Below, piece by piece: positions 1 to 12,746 of a stretch of 64,000 bases of DNA; position 1 is the first letter of the stretch, and each line of letters opens with the position of its first letter. A model generated the notes under the pieces. The model saw only the letters and a program-made list of their open reading frames with translations, was not told the DNA's origin and did not search any database. The translations under genes and the position numbers were made by a program. This DNA is from Octopus vulgaris (lineage: Eukaryota): the NCBI GenBank assembly GCA_951406725.2, contig OX597818.1:36766001-36830000 (forward strand). Reading direction: 5' to 3'.

Positions 1-686
1 CAGTGTATATGGACCAGCAAAAAAAACGTAATCTGTTGCGCGTACAGCAAACTACGAAAATGTAAAGCAATTGAAACCATCATCGGCGTTTACTATGGTA
101 TAATTTCAACTCTACAATTAAGCAATAGACAAACTATTCAGCCTTCATCCCTAAACCGTCTGCTGATTGATAAACCAATATAGTAACGTTTTATTCATCG
201 ATGAAATCTCAACTGTTGACTGTGACAAATATGGTTCGTCTGTTGGCTGTCCAGTTCTATTGATTTAAAAACATTGTCGTTATTTTCATTCGGCCGATCA
301 ATGTTTATTATCAAATTTCGAGCGATGAATCCTAGCAAATGCATCATCTCTCTCTCATTTGTACGAATTTCTTAAACAACACTGAGGCAGAGACACCTAC
401 GCAAATGCTATCACACAGACATATATCTAATTGTAGATATATAAATACATGTGAGTATATGCGTATCACTCTGTGAGTACATACATGCGTAGTTACCTGT
501 ATGTCTTGTAAACAACATGGTTATAGGCTTCTTTTTAAATACAACGATAGTGTTCAATGTACAATAGAAAGGCAAAGTTTGTGTGAATGTGTCTGTATAT
601 ATGCATATATGTATAATATTATATATGTGTTTCTTACACATGTATGTATTTCTTACATATATATGTGTTTCTTAATGTATCATATA

Positions 687-1066
687 GGCGTAGGAGTGAC
701 TGAGTGGTTAGTAGCTGGCTTACGAACCACATGGTTCCGGGTTCAGTCCCATTGCGTGGCACCTTGGGCAAATGTCTTCAACTATAGCCTCGGGCCGACC
801 AAAGCCTTGTTAGTGGATTTGGTAGGCGGAAACTGAAAGAAGCTTGTCGTATATATGTATATATGTTCGCGTGTCTATTTTTGTCCCCCAGCATCGCTTG
901 ATAATCGTTGCTGGTGTGTTTACGTCCCCATAATTTAGTGGTTCGGCAAAAGAGACCGATAGAATAATTACTGCAAAGAATAAGTCCTGGTGTCCATTTG
1001 CGCAACTAAAGGCGGTGCTCCAGCATGACCACAGTCAAATGACTGAAGCAAGTAAAAGAGTAAAAG
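687..1066 (+). mobile_element. SINE family A (tRNA-like head, internal TA/TG microsatellite, stem-loop tail), full length
   Basis: Head GGCGTAGGAGTG..GGTTCAGTCCC, CORE-like segment CACCTTGGGCAAATGTCTT, tail CAGTCAAATGACTG-AAGCAAGTAAAAGAG; about 15 homologous copies in the window. Confidence 0.9.
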
Positions 1067-1516
1067 GGTACTCAATTCGTCACAGTCATATCATACTAGC
1101 ATCCGAGTTGAATATTCACACTGCGTTTTTCAGCGGGATGTTGGTCGTTAAAACAAAAGACAAAATGGCGAAGTGTCACTTGACGTCTGACATTCGAGAC
1201 ATTCAACCTAAAAGATGACCAGAATATCATATGTCTCTCTCTGTGTTCATTACTGATGTGGGAGTCTTACGTTGTGACATTTTTTCAGTCAAACACACTG
1301 TCTTGAATAATTGCTGTAAAGAAGAAATCAGTGTAAGATAGCTCGTAGTAATATCGTTAGATCCAACTCTATATTTCCCTTTCCAAACATAATGCGAGAA
1401 CGATGTCATGTTTTCTTTTAGATGATGCTTGAACAGACCTCTCTCGCTCCCTTTCTAAGCGCACCTGTACAAATATTTGTGTATATGTTTTATAAATGTG
1501 TGTTTGTGTTAGTGCG

Positions 1517-1520
<4 letters not shown>

Positions 1521-1615
<95 letters not shown>

Positions 1616-1630
1616 ATGTGCGTGTGTGTG
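1521..1630. repeat. (TG)n microsatellite
   Basis: Direct reading. Confidence 0.98.
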
Positions 1631-1748
1631 TTTAGATTTAGAATGCAACATTAGAAACATCGAGAAATATATGTCTTCTGTAAATGACGTGTCTCGAAAG
1701 TCGATATAGAAATAATCATTCAAAACAGGTTTTAAGGCATGTAATGTA

Positions 1749-1789
<41 letters not shown>

Positions 1790-1865
1790 GTTAATGAGGA
1801 CAACAAACATTAAGGTAAGGCAAACATCTCAAGTCGTATACAATATTGTTACTGGAAAAAAATCA

Positions 1866-1921
1866 GTCTTACAGCTGTTTCTGAGATATCTCCGAGTATG
1901 GGATATTCCGTCATCAGGGAC
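1866..1921 (-). ncRNA. Minimal type-I hammerhead ribozyme motif
   Basis: Reverse complement reads GTCC CTGATGA CGGAATATCCCATACTCGGAGATATCTCA GAAA CAGCTG TA AGAC: intact CUGAUGA/GAAA/UH core and palindromic stem III. Confidence 0.7.
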
Positions 1922-2172
1922 AAATGGAGAAAAATGGGGAAAATGAGAATGGCATATATTAACGTGATGACAACACAGAGGGAGGGAGTAAAAGAATAAG
2001 TAGAGGGAAAGAAAGAAGAAAAGAGAACCATAAAAGTTCATAGTTCAACTTCACCAACTTAGAGTAACAAGAGCATGCGTCCTTAGGTGCAATCCTAAGG
2101 ACTTACGCATATGGATCTACACAGGATCCCATTAATATATACCATTCTCATTTTCCCAGCTTTTTTCTATTT

Positions 2173-2228
2173 GTCTCTGATGACGGAATATCCCATACTC
2201 GGGGATATCCCAGAAACAGTAGTAAGAC
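2173..2228 (+). ncRNA. Minimal type-I hammerhead ribozyme motif
   Basis: GTCT CTGATGA C GGAATATCCC ATACTC GGGGATATCC CA GAAA CAGTAG TA AGAC; stem I GTCT/AGAC. Confidence 0.72.
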
Positions 2229-2431
2229 TCTGAATTTTTCCTGTGGTAACATTGTATACGACTTGAGATGTTTGCCTTGCCTTAATGTTTGTTTTCTTCT
2301 TTAACAATTATATATCCGCTGCATCGGAAACTGCAATGTCTCCATAACTACCGTTTCGGCTATAACCTTGGAGCTCTAGTAATCTGTTACTAAACCCCCA
2401 TACTTTGTATATATATATATATATAATATTA

Positions 2432-2500
<69 letters not shown>

Positions 2501-2526
2501 CCACTATAAATATTTTATTATATATG

Positions 2527-2569
<43 letters not shown>

Positions 2570-2605
2570 CCACTATAAATTCTTTATTTTTTTCTCCCCT
2601 TATTT

Positions 2606-2642
2606 CTTTCTGTGGAAGAGCGTAGGCTCGAAACGTTAAAGA
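2606..2642 (+). ncRNA. Degenerate hammerhead-like motif in a PLE-terminus-like island (about 2580-2735)
   Basis: CTTT CTGTGGA A GAGC GTAG GCTC GAAA CG TTA AAG; core mutated; related to the motif at 50662. Confidence 0.5.
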
Positions 2643-3338
2643 CTTTTTCACTTGTTGAGCGTTAAACTAATACATCTGTTTATTGTCTACACCACCTGTC
2701 TTTTGTTTTGTTGTTTTTTGTGAATTCTCCCTATATATATATACACTCATACACACACATACACACACATACACACACATACACACATATACATGTTTGT
2801 ATATATCTGTTTATAGCTATACATGCATGCATAGTTACACAGGTAGGTAGATATATGTATATATAGGAAGATAGATATATGTCCACAACCACTATATGTA
2901 TGTGTGTGTGTATATATATGTATATATATATTTGAGAAGGTGTGTGGCTTTGTTTTAATGTTATTGAATCTCTGCAAATTCCATAAGCAGTAAATTCCTG
3001 GTTGGCGTCTTCTTGATGGACCTGTTGTTATTTTAGATAGTCATGTCTCAATGAAATAAATTTGTAACTGTAGTATGTTCTGAAAGATCAACTATTGGAG
3101 GTTGTGTCATTCTAAAACGTCAAAAGAAGGTCATCCTATTCTTACAGCTATTTTTTTTTCTCATTTAAATATCATTATTGTAAATAACTTACCGCATATA
3201 AAAATACTAATTCAGATAATTCAAGCATCACAACAGTTTCTTTGTTTAACCCATGTTACCAATTTCTTTAGAGGACTTTATGGGATTAGAGAGGTAGGGA
3301 CCACCATTAATGACCAACTGAACGATATGTTTTACATA

Positions 3339-3571
3339 AAGGCGGCGAGCTGGCAGAAACGTTAGCAAGCCGGGCGAAATGCGTAACCGTATTTCGTCTG
3401 TCGTTGCGTTCCGAGTTCAAATTCCGCCGAGGTAGACTTTGCCTTTCATCCTTTCGGGGTCGATAAATTAAGTACCAGTTACGCACTGGGGTCGATGTAA
3501 TTGACTTAATCCGTGTGTCTATCCTTGTTTGTCCCCTCTATGTTTAGCCCCTTGTGGGTAGTAAAGAAATA
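3339..3571 (+). mobile_element. SINE family B monomer with TSD
   Basis: AAGGCGGCGAGCTGGCAGAA head, B-box-like GAGTTCAAATTCC; TSD GATATGTTTTACATAAA at 3324-3340 and 3572-3588. Confidence 0.92.
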
Positions 3572-4789
3572 GATATGTTTTACATAAATTTGTATATTGT
3601 AACTAGTTTTTATATAGTAATTATAAAGGAATTTGCCTCTTTATATGCAGTAGTTGCTAAATAAACATTCTAAATAATAAATAACGATTTAGTTTAAGTA
3701 TAAAGCATATAAAGTATCAAAAAACATTGTTTTTACATTTGTTTCTTTTAATCACACACAAGGGCAACTAATTTGTGGAAAAGAAGTGTGTAGTTACGTG
3801 AATCAAGCCCCATATGTGAACGTTTCACTTAATTTATCATCAGCCGAGCCGAAAACCAATAGTCAATTTCCTCGTTAGTCTATACATCTTCTACATTTAT
3901 TTTGAGATTTATACCTGCTGAAATATATGCCGAAGAGGAAAAAAAAAGCTAACATGGTTTTTTATATCTGTTAGTCTCTACTATCAGCTACAAACATACT
4001 ATAGCATTTGAACATTGTGACTTATATACCAAACAAATTAATATTGTAATGCACAGCATGGTTCTCTAACCGACAGAGGTGTACAAGTATTGAATATTCG
4101 ACTTGGTGTGCCTTTGGGTCTCACAATTTTACCCCCACTGGAGCCTGCAGGGGATAACATAAAACAAAGACGTCAAAAGCTAAGTAAAATGGGGTAGGGT
4201 TTCAGCCAGAACTTGAAATGTACAGAACTAAACACTAAACCGCATTTGATCCACTTTACTTATAACTCATTCATTACCACCACATGACATTTTTCGTTAG
4301 ATATTTGTTTCATATCAAAAATTCATTAAAAGAACGCCACTTTGTGACTTGTCACGTAAAGTTTATTTGATTGAATGTCTTTACCTCATGGAGAGAGACG
4401 AGTGAAAAGTTTTTAATGATGACCAGCCAAAACATATTAGCGGTGGGTTACAGCTTGTTTCCAACAAACGCAAATATTCGCTTTAGATACAGTTTATGAA
4501 TTATTGGAAATCGATATTGTACTTTTGGGAACTAGAATATGACTGTCTTAAGAAACACATGAGAGAAAACCGAAGTTTTCTCACAAGATGATGTAAACAA
4601 GAAGTGTGTAACTTCAGCAAACTTGCAAATAGTCAAAGTCGGAGGGAATGCGTGGGTTTCACTGCTCAGAAACTAAAAACCCAATCTTGCGGGCTGCTAT
4701 AGCTATTCAGTTCTTGAGATTACGTAGGTTGAAATGCCAGTACCGTCTCTAGTATTATGTAATATAAGCACCGATACATTCATAGACTC

Positions 4790-4803
4790 ACACATACATA
4801 CAT

Positions 4804-4863
<60 letters not shown>

Positions 4864-4947
4864 TCAGGCAGACAGACAGAAGACACGCATACATACATAC
4901 ATACATACATACATACATACATACATACATACACACATACATACATA
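4790..4947. repeat. Compound (ACAG)n/(ACAT)n microsatellite
   Basis: Direct reading. Confidence 0.95.
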
Positions 4948-5219
4948 ATTGGAGTGCTAGGTTTTGTCAGCAAATGCTTAAAGGAGAACCTGGATAAACT
5001 GTGATTTTCAGAAAGAGAAATCGACCGGCTGATACGTACATTACAAGTGCAATCTGTGAGTGGAACAGTAAAAATATGCAAAACTTTTCTCAAGTTCTAA
5101 ATGTGAATTTGTCTGTGTTAAGTACATCCCTAAGATGGAGCCTTGTATCTTTGTTGGAAATCGGTTCCATCTTCAGTGGAAGATTAATTAAAAAATAGAA
5201 GAGACATACATATGTACCT

Positions 5220-5285
<66 letters not shown>

Positions 5286-5336
5286 TTCTGTTTATGATAG
5301 TCACATGCGACCCGTTGACCTCGCAGCTAGTTGTTC

Positions 5337-5568
5337 AGGCGGCGAGCTAGCAGAAACGTTAGCACGCCGGGTGAAATGCTTAGCGGTATTTCGTCTGCCG
5401 TTACGTTGTGAGTTCAAATTCCGCCGAGGTCGACTGTGCCTTTCATCCTTTCGGGATCGATAAATTAAGTACCAGTTACGCACTGGGGTCGATATAATCG
5501 ACTTAATACCTATGTCTGTCCTTGTTTGTCCCCTCTATGTTTAGCCCCTTGTGGGTAGTAAAGAAATA
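5337..5568 (+). mobile_element. SINE family B monomer with TSD
   Basis: TSD AGCTAGTTGTTCA at 5325-5337 and 5568-5580. Confidence 0.92.
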
Positions 5569-6272
5569 GCTAGTTGTTCAGTATTCTATTGTTTCAACAA
5601 TCAACGCTCTCTTCTGAACGGTTGCTTACGCTTTCAAAAACAGAAGTACCAGACGTATCGTATGGCTGGTGGGACAAATGAAGACTGTAACAAACTTTCT
5701 TTAGATAAAAAAAGTAATCGAAGTCATTGCGCTGATTGGCAAACTGCCATTCAAGGAAAATATTTAGCCTTTGTTTTCCTGATGTATTCTTTGACCATAC
5801 TGCTTACTCTGCGAATATTACACAACTTCAGTCAAAGCCATTCGCTCAAGACTTTTTGCTATTCATTTAGTCTATCTGTCTGTCTATGTGTCTATTTGCC
5901 TGTGTCTCCATTTGTTTGTCTTTTCTTGTCTTCCTTCATTTTGTCTCTCTCCTCCCCTTTCTCTCTCTCTGTCTCTCTCTCTCTCTCTCTGTCTCTCTCC
6001 CTCTGTTTAGATCCAGTACTTAGTAATATACTCTGCTTCATTTATCTACTAGTATTGCATCACTCTTGAATCTTAATTAACCATGTCTTCACATCAAGAT
6101 CTACCTTTCTATTGTTTCTTTGCATTTCAGCGAATCACAGTCATATCATTTGTATCCAGAATTTTGTAACATAGCCATTCGTACGTCAGATATGCTGGTC
6201 AGATAGTCAAACCTATATAGAGAAAGAAACGGTGGAACAAACAGACATACAGACATACACAATGGTAGATAC

Positions 6273-6273
<1 letters not shown>

Positions 6274-6351
<78 letters not shown>
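6274..6351. repeat. (AGAT)n microsatellite
   Basis: Direct reading. Confidence 0.97.
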
Positions 6352-6352
<1 letters not shown>

Positions 6353-6448
6353 TTCTATTTACGTTTGAAGAGATTAATTTAAATAAGAAGAAAACTAAAT
6401 TGGTGATATGAGTCACATAAGTTTGAGTAAATATTTCGAAAACAGCAT

Positions 6449-6490
<42 letters not shown>

Positions 6491-6498
<8 letters not shown>

Positions 6499-6892
6499 AT
6501 ATTTCGGAATAGTCATATTACTAGTTTAGCCAATAAAAACACACGCACTATATATTTGGTGTTATTTTGCTTCAGTGTTATTTATTTTTTACATTAATCT
6601 TAATCTTATTTCGGCCAGAGTTCTTTCGTCACACTCCTGTGACCGCATCAGTGGTCCTTTCTTTTCTTCTTTCTTATTTGTGACGGTTAGTAAGGAGAGA
6701 CACAAATAAGAAAGAAGAAAACAAAGGACCACTGATGCGGTCACAGGAGTGTGATGAAAGAACTCTGGCCGAAATAAGATTAAGATTAATGTAAAACATA
6801 AATAACACTGAAGCAAAATAACACCAAATATATAGTGCGTGTGTTTTTATTGGCTAAACTGGCAATATGACCATTCCGAAATATAACAATAT
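6491..6892. repeat. Near-perfect foldback: arms of about 192 bp, 18-nt loop, hammerhead-like motif in each arm
   Basis: 6491-6682 is the reverse complement of 6701-6892; motif CCA CTGATGC G GTCACA GGAG TGTGAY GAAA GAAC TC TGG at 6729-6768 (+) and 6615-6654 (-). Confidence 0.9.
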
Positions 6893-6945
6893 CTGTTTCA
6901 ACACACGACTTCACATAAAAAATCTTGCACAACAAATATTTAAAC

Positions 6946-7029
<84 letters not shown>

Positions 7030-8097
7030 ATGCTGTTTTCGAAATATGCATATATCAGGTAGTGAGGATCGATTTTACTTGCTGTCGATCGATTCTTTCT
7101 CGCCAACTGTTCAAAATATCTGACGAAATGGCCTGATAATGTAATCATGTAATCTAAAAAAAATAATGAGCAAAAAAGTCATGTTACGAAAACATGCGTA
7201 ACATAATTTGAACATCTCCACTCTGTTCACATTGTGGTATGTGTGTCTGTATGTGTACGTGTGTGTGTGTGCGCGCGAGTGTATGTGTGTGTGTATAATT
7301 ATACATGCATATACATACACCTTGTATTAGGATATTCAATGCAAGGGGCATTATACAGATTATTTGAATTATGCGGTGAAGATAGTCATTGTTTTGTATT
7401 TTTCTCATCGCATAATTATTACTAGTTGGCTTTTCCAATGTCCCCTGCATTAAATATGTAACACTAACTAAACGATGCTTCCAGCAGTTACGGACGCTAC
7501 TGCATCGGTTACGATCGTTTATGTAATATCAACTTAATTTCTTTTCTCTTCTGTTTCTCTCTTATTACGTTTTCATTTATCGTTTATCCTTTATTTTCCC
7601 TAACTATATTTTAAGCCAGGAGAGGTGTTTGGTGCATTTTGTCAACCTGATTAATAAACTACTGTGTTTTGCGATTTCAGGAGACAGCCAAAAAGACCAG
7701 CACAATATTTTAAATAGGAGAGAAGTTTGCCCATCTGTCGGCTTGAATATATCCTGTTTCATACTAGGGACACCCCTTTTTTCAAATAAAGGGAAAGAAA
7801 ATATACAACAAAGTTTTAAGAAATGCTATTTTCACGACAAGAACTCTGACAACTTTCAAAATGATGTCAAATAATCTTTCAAATCATTTCTTTTATTATA
7901 TTTTTTCATTTCTTTTCCACTTCTATTTCCTTTGAATCGCGAATTTTATTTAATCTGGAGGGATTCTGTATTTATTTATATATAAATATATTTTATAAAA
8001 AATGAAAGACTGAAAAACAGCATATAAATATATTTTAATAAAACTTTTATTCTCGGAGAGTCGGCTATTTTATTCTATCATTCTTTATCTATAATTC

Positions 8098-8171
<74 letters not shown>

Positions 8172-8257
8172 TTATATATGTATGTATATATGTATATATA
8201 CATATATATGTATTATATATGTATATATATATATATATATATATGTATATCTATCTA

Positions 8258-8307
<50 letters not shown>

Positions 8308-8734
8308 TACACATATATATATATATTAAAAAATGCAAGATAAAAAAGTCTCTTATTTTACATTTCTTTAAAAAAAAACGTTTTGACAAAAGACAGCTTT
8401 ATTTCTATTTTTAAAAAAATATATATTCCCAACACAGCACTGTTCAATACACACGTTTCTTTCTTTCGTTACTTTCTTTAGTGCCTGCTTTTCTAAGCTT
8501 CATTGTTTTTATATATAATTTAACTACATCAATAACCAATGACACTATGGTTTGTTTGAAAATTGATACTTTTGTATATTTTAGCTTACGTCAGGGACCC
8601 TCTGTAATCAGGATCGACCTGGTAAATATAGAAGCGAAATCTCTCTCTCAAGATACACTAGACTGGCTTTTACAAAAATAATAATTGGATAATGTAGTCC
8701 AGAGCTTCAAGATAGATATATAGATAATTTATTT

Positions 8735-8925
8735 CAAAATTTGGCACAAGGCCAATTATTTCAGAAGAGGGGGTAAGTCGATCTATTGGTACTTATTTTA
8801 TCAACCCTGAGAGGATGAAAGGCAAAGTTGACCCAGGTGGAATCTGAACTCAGAATGTGGAGAGGGACAAAATGTCGCTAAGCATTTCACCCGGCGTGCT
8901 AACGATTCTGCCAGCTCGTCACCCT
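8735..8925 (-). mobile_element. Older SINE family B copy
   Basis: Diverged match to the B consensus (GGATGAAAGGCAAAGTTGACC..GCCAGCTCG). Confidence 0.8.
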
Positions 8926-9909
8926 TTCATATATAAATAACAAAAGGCAAGTTAATCCCTTCTGAACTACTTTTCATTACTTGTCTGTCCAGAACTAGAC
9001 TGGGATTTAACGACAACAGCTTCATAATAATCTTAATCTTTAAAACGAAATGAGCTTTTGTATGGTTTAGAGGCATCTTTAACTAGTGAAATAATTATTA
9101 GTCTTTAAAATGTGTCTTTTGTATTATTTGGCGGTCACATCATTAATTAATGACATTATTGGCTTACAAAAAGCGGTAGTTTACCTACATCAACACATGG
9201 TGACACTGTAAGCCATTTTTCGGAAGTAAAGGGCCTTTTCTTTTCGATAGAAAACAAACATAAATATACACCAGTCGTTAAGATGCTTGATCTTTGTATA
9301 AGTATAACAGAATATTCAGTCTGATTGATTTAATCCTTCTAGTAGTTACAGTTGTCACCTAAAATTCCTAATTATGAAGAGTAAGAGTAAACGAAAGTAA
9401 ATGATTTCCTTAAGAATCAAACCGGCAGGCAGACTCGGCAATTCATCATCTCACTACATCTTTAGCTTACTCAGTTATTGAATCGATAACAAATATATAC
9501 TGACATGAAACACTGCTCATCGAGTACACAGAAAAGTAGACTGCTACCAAAGGAGTCCAATATATGAGTGAACCCCGAGTTCAATGACGCAGTTCAACTA
9601 GTTGTGTATCTGTGCAATTAGTACATGTATAACTCATCGTTGTTAGAAGTGATAGCGCGATCTAATTAACAAAAGAATGGATGGTGTAATTGGTAGAAGG
9701 TCGGTTTAAAGTACTTCGTGATGTTTAGCTACTTCTCTTAGCGTTCTGATTCAAAATGCAGCTGGATTGTTAAAGCATCGGTTTTGTCTTCCAATCGACC
9801 TGAACGACAGCATAAGTCACAGTCAAATACTGAGTTTGATTTGAAACACTGATTCCCCACTCGAAATTGCCTTGCCTTGAGAGTATGTTATATATCACTA
9901 TTTATATTA

Positions 9910-10455
9910 CGAAGATGAATCAAAAAGTGATGCCATTTTGTTTAGGACAGGTATAATCACCAACACAGGAACATGTATCATACATCGAAATGAAGCTAGT
10001 TCTCTGTGGATCACATTCCTACTTCTCAACATAGTCACCGTTTCTCTCAATAGCAATGTTCCACCTTCGAATGAGAGCATGTATCCCTGCCCCGTAAAAT
10101 TTTGTTGACTGTTCTTTGAGCCACTTCTTCACTACCTCCATACTCACCAGATTTAGCGCCTTCAGACTATCATTTCTTCGGCGCCACGAAAGAGGGTTTG
10201 AGAGGCAAACATTATTCCAGTGACGAGGAAGTGAAAACCGTAGTGAAGAGGTGGCTCAAAGACCAGTCAACAGAATTTTACGGGGCAGGGATGCATGATT
10301 TCATTCGAAGGTGGAACATTACTATTGAGGGAAACGGTGACAATGTAGAGAAGTAGGGATATGATCCACAGAGGACCAGCTTCATTTTGATGTATGATGT
10401 GTTGGTAATTATACCTGTCCTAAACAAAATGGGATTACTTTTTGACTCACCCTCG
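9910..10455. mobile_element. Palindromic non-autonomous mariner derivative made of two 3' ends
   Basis: TA at 9908-9909 and 10456-10457; arms 9910-10135 and 10240-10455 are inverted; + strand from 10138 reads PYSPDLAPSDYHFFGATKEGLRGKHYSSDEEVKTVVKRWLKDQSTEFY.., a mariner C-terminus with the YSPDLAPSD motif. Confidence 0.9.
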
Positions 10456-11180
10456 TACATATGTATTTTGGTAGCTTCTAATTGAAAGTTTAGCTATCAT
10501 CCAGGAACGTTGATATTGAGTATACTCTCCTCTCTGGATACTGAACTTAGCATAAATATCCAGAATTCTATCTCCTCGGCAAGACTTCAAAGTTAAAATT
10601 CAAGAGCAAACAACGTTTTTCAAGCTTCATTTCACTAGATCGAGATAAACTTAAAAATGGAGGGAGCTTCCATTCAACGGTACTTCCGACAGGTTCTCAC
10701 AATCTGTGACCAGAAAGATAATAAAAGTGGGACTAACGAGGTTGCTATACACAGCTGTACAAGCAAGTAATAACCTTCGGTTGCTTTAGAAAACAGTTAA
10801 TTAGAAGGTAAGATCCTCAAGGCTTTCTTAATGCACGTAAAGATGAGATTAAAATGAAATGCTTACACTTGGGAATTCGAATATAGATCACAAACTCCGA
10901 TAAAGAACTGACCCCTGTTCAGTGACATCAAGGTAGGGTGGTGACTGCTGGAATGGATTAGCAATCTAAACAATGCTTAGTTTCCCCATCTGGGTTGAAT
11001 CAAATTATTCACTTAATCTAAGCAACTAAAACTCTTCAAAAAGTTCACATGATAAAACCAACCCTGAAACCCACATACAAACATATGCATATATGTATGT
11101 GTGTGTATGTATTCTGTAACTGTCTACATATGCACACACGCATACACATGTACACCCCACACACACACACGCACACACAT

Positions 11181-11237
<57 letters not shown>

Positions 11238-11608
11238 TACACACATATTTTATTCATTTGTAGATTAAATGCGCTACCAATGGTTTCATGCATAAACTAT
11301 TCTCAATTCTTCAAGTGTTCCACTTTATATTGTTAGCCCATCCAATATGGACGCGATTACCAATATCATAAAAGGTAACGCTTGAAGAATTTTGTTTTCC
11401 AATCGACATGAAACCATCAGTAACACTATTAATCATCCGAAAATAAAGAATATTTATCCACTAAATGAGGTATGGGGCTTTCATTCTCACTGTTCGGTGC
11501 CATCGAGAAAGTATATATATATATATATATATATACATACATATATTTATTTATATACATATATATCTACATAAATATATATACATACACGATCATACAT
11601 ACAAACCC

Positions 11609-11666
<58 letters not shown>

Positions 11667-12145
11667 GTATATATATTTATATATATAACTGTTATGCAAT
11701 GCCAATAAATTCTATTTGATTATGGTTTATTCATCGCTCAAACTTTTTCTGCCTTATGCTTGTCACCCGTAGTTTTGTTTCGACCAAGACTTATTATTTA
11801 AGCTCTTTAACAGTACAATCCTACAAAATCTTAATTTCATGCTATCCATTGTTTCCAAATAATGATATAAAGAGAAAAAGAAAACGTTACCGCTCAGTCG
11901 CAATGGTGTTTTCATAATATGACATTAAAAAAAAAACTATGAAACCTAACTGTATTTAATGAAATAGTTATCAAGAAATGAATATACGTTATTGCCAGAA
12001 ATATGACTCCATGGTATCCAAAGAACGCGGCTTCGGTAAGGCTAAACAATGAATGCTGACTAATGCATGGCCTCGTTTGAACGAGTAACTGTTCGAGCTC
12101 TAATCACACACCAGTAACTTTAAAAAGAACGACGCGCTAGATAAT

Positions 12146-12746
12146 CTTTTCTAATCTAGGCACAATACCCGAAATTTTGTGGGAGGGGGCCAGTTGATTA
12201 GATCGACCCCAGTACGCAACTGGTACTTAATTTATCGACACCGAAAGGATGAAAGGCAAAGTCGACCTCGGCGGAATTTGAACTCAGAACGTAAAGACAG
12301 ACAAAATACCTATTTATTTATTACCCACAAGGGGCTAAACATAGAGGGGACAAACAAGGACAGACAAGGACAGACAAGGGATTAAGTCGATTACATCGCC
12401 CCCCACCCGTGTGTAACTGGTACTTTATTTATCGACCCCGAAAGGATGAAAGGCAAAGTCGACCTCGGCGGAATTTGAACTCAGAATGTAGCGGTAGACG
12501 AAATACCTATCTCTATTTCTTTACTACCCACAAGGGGCTAAACACAGAGAGGACAAACAAGGACAGACAAATGGATTAAGTCGGCTGTATCGACCCCAGT
12601 GCGTAACTGGTACTTATTTAATCGACCCCGAAAGGATGAAAGGCAAAGTCGACCTTGGCGGAATTTGAACTCAGAATGTAACGGCAGACGAAATACGACT
12701 ACGCATTTCGTCCAGCGTACTAACGTTTCTGTCAGCTCGCCGCCTT
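12146..12746 (-). mobile_element. Trimeric SINE family B (one head, three bodies) within one TSD
   Basis: TSD GACGCGCTAGATAAT at 12131-12145 and 12747-12761; junctions near 12308 and 12508. Confidence 0.92.

Larger units (their letters stand above)
1783..2315. mobile_element. Inverted (head-to-head) pair of PLE-terminus-like fragments, each with a hammerhead motif
   Basis: 1783-1962 is the diverged reverse complement of 2132-2315; TA-rich sequence at both outer ends. Confidence 0.75.

Noticed and set aside
1-410. Possible promoter (CCAAT-like words, some CpG)
   Set aside because: Motifs are short enough to occur by chance and no downstream gene is evident
12179-12385. Recurrent peptide RNWYLIYRxRKDERQSRPRRNLNSER in several ORFs
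   Set aside because: Antisense translation of SINE-B, not a protein family
12146-12746. Regularly spaced repeats suggestive of a CRISPR-like array
   Set aside because: Units are about 190-bp SINE bodies with no unique spacers; eukaryotic context, no cas genes
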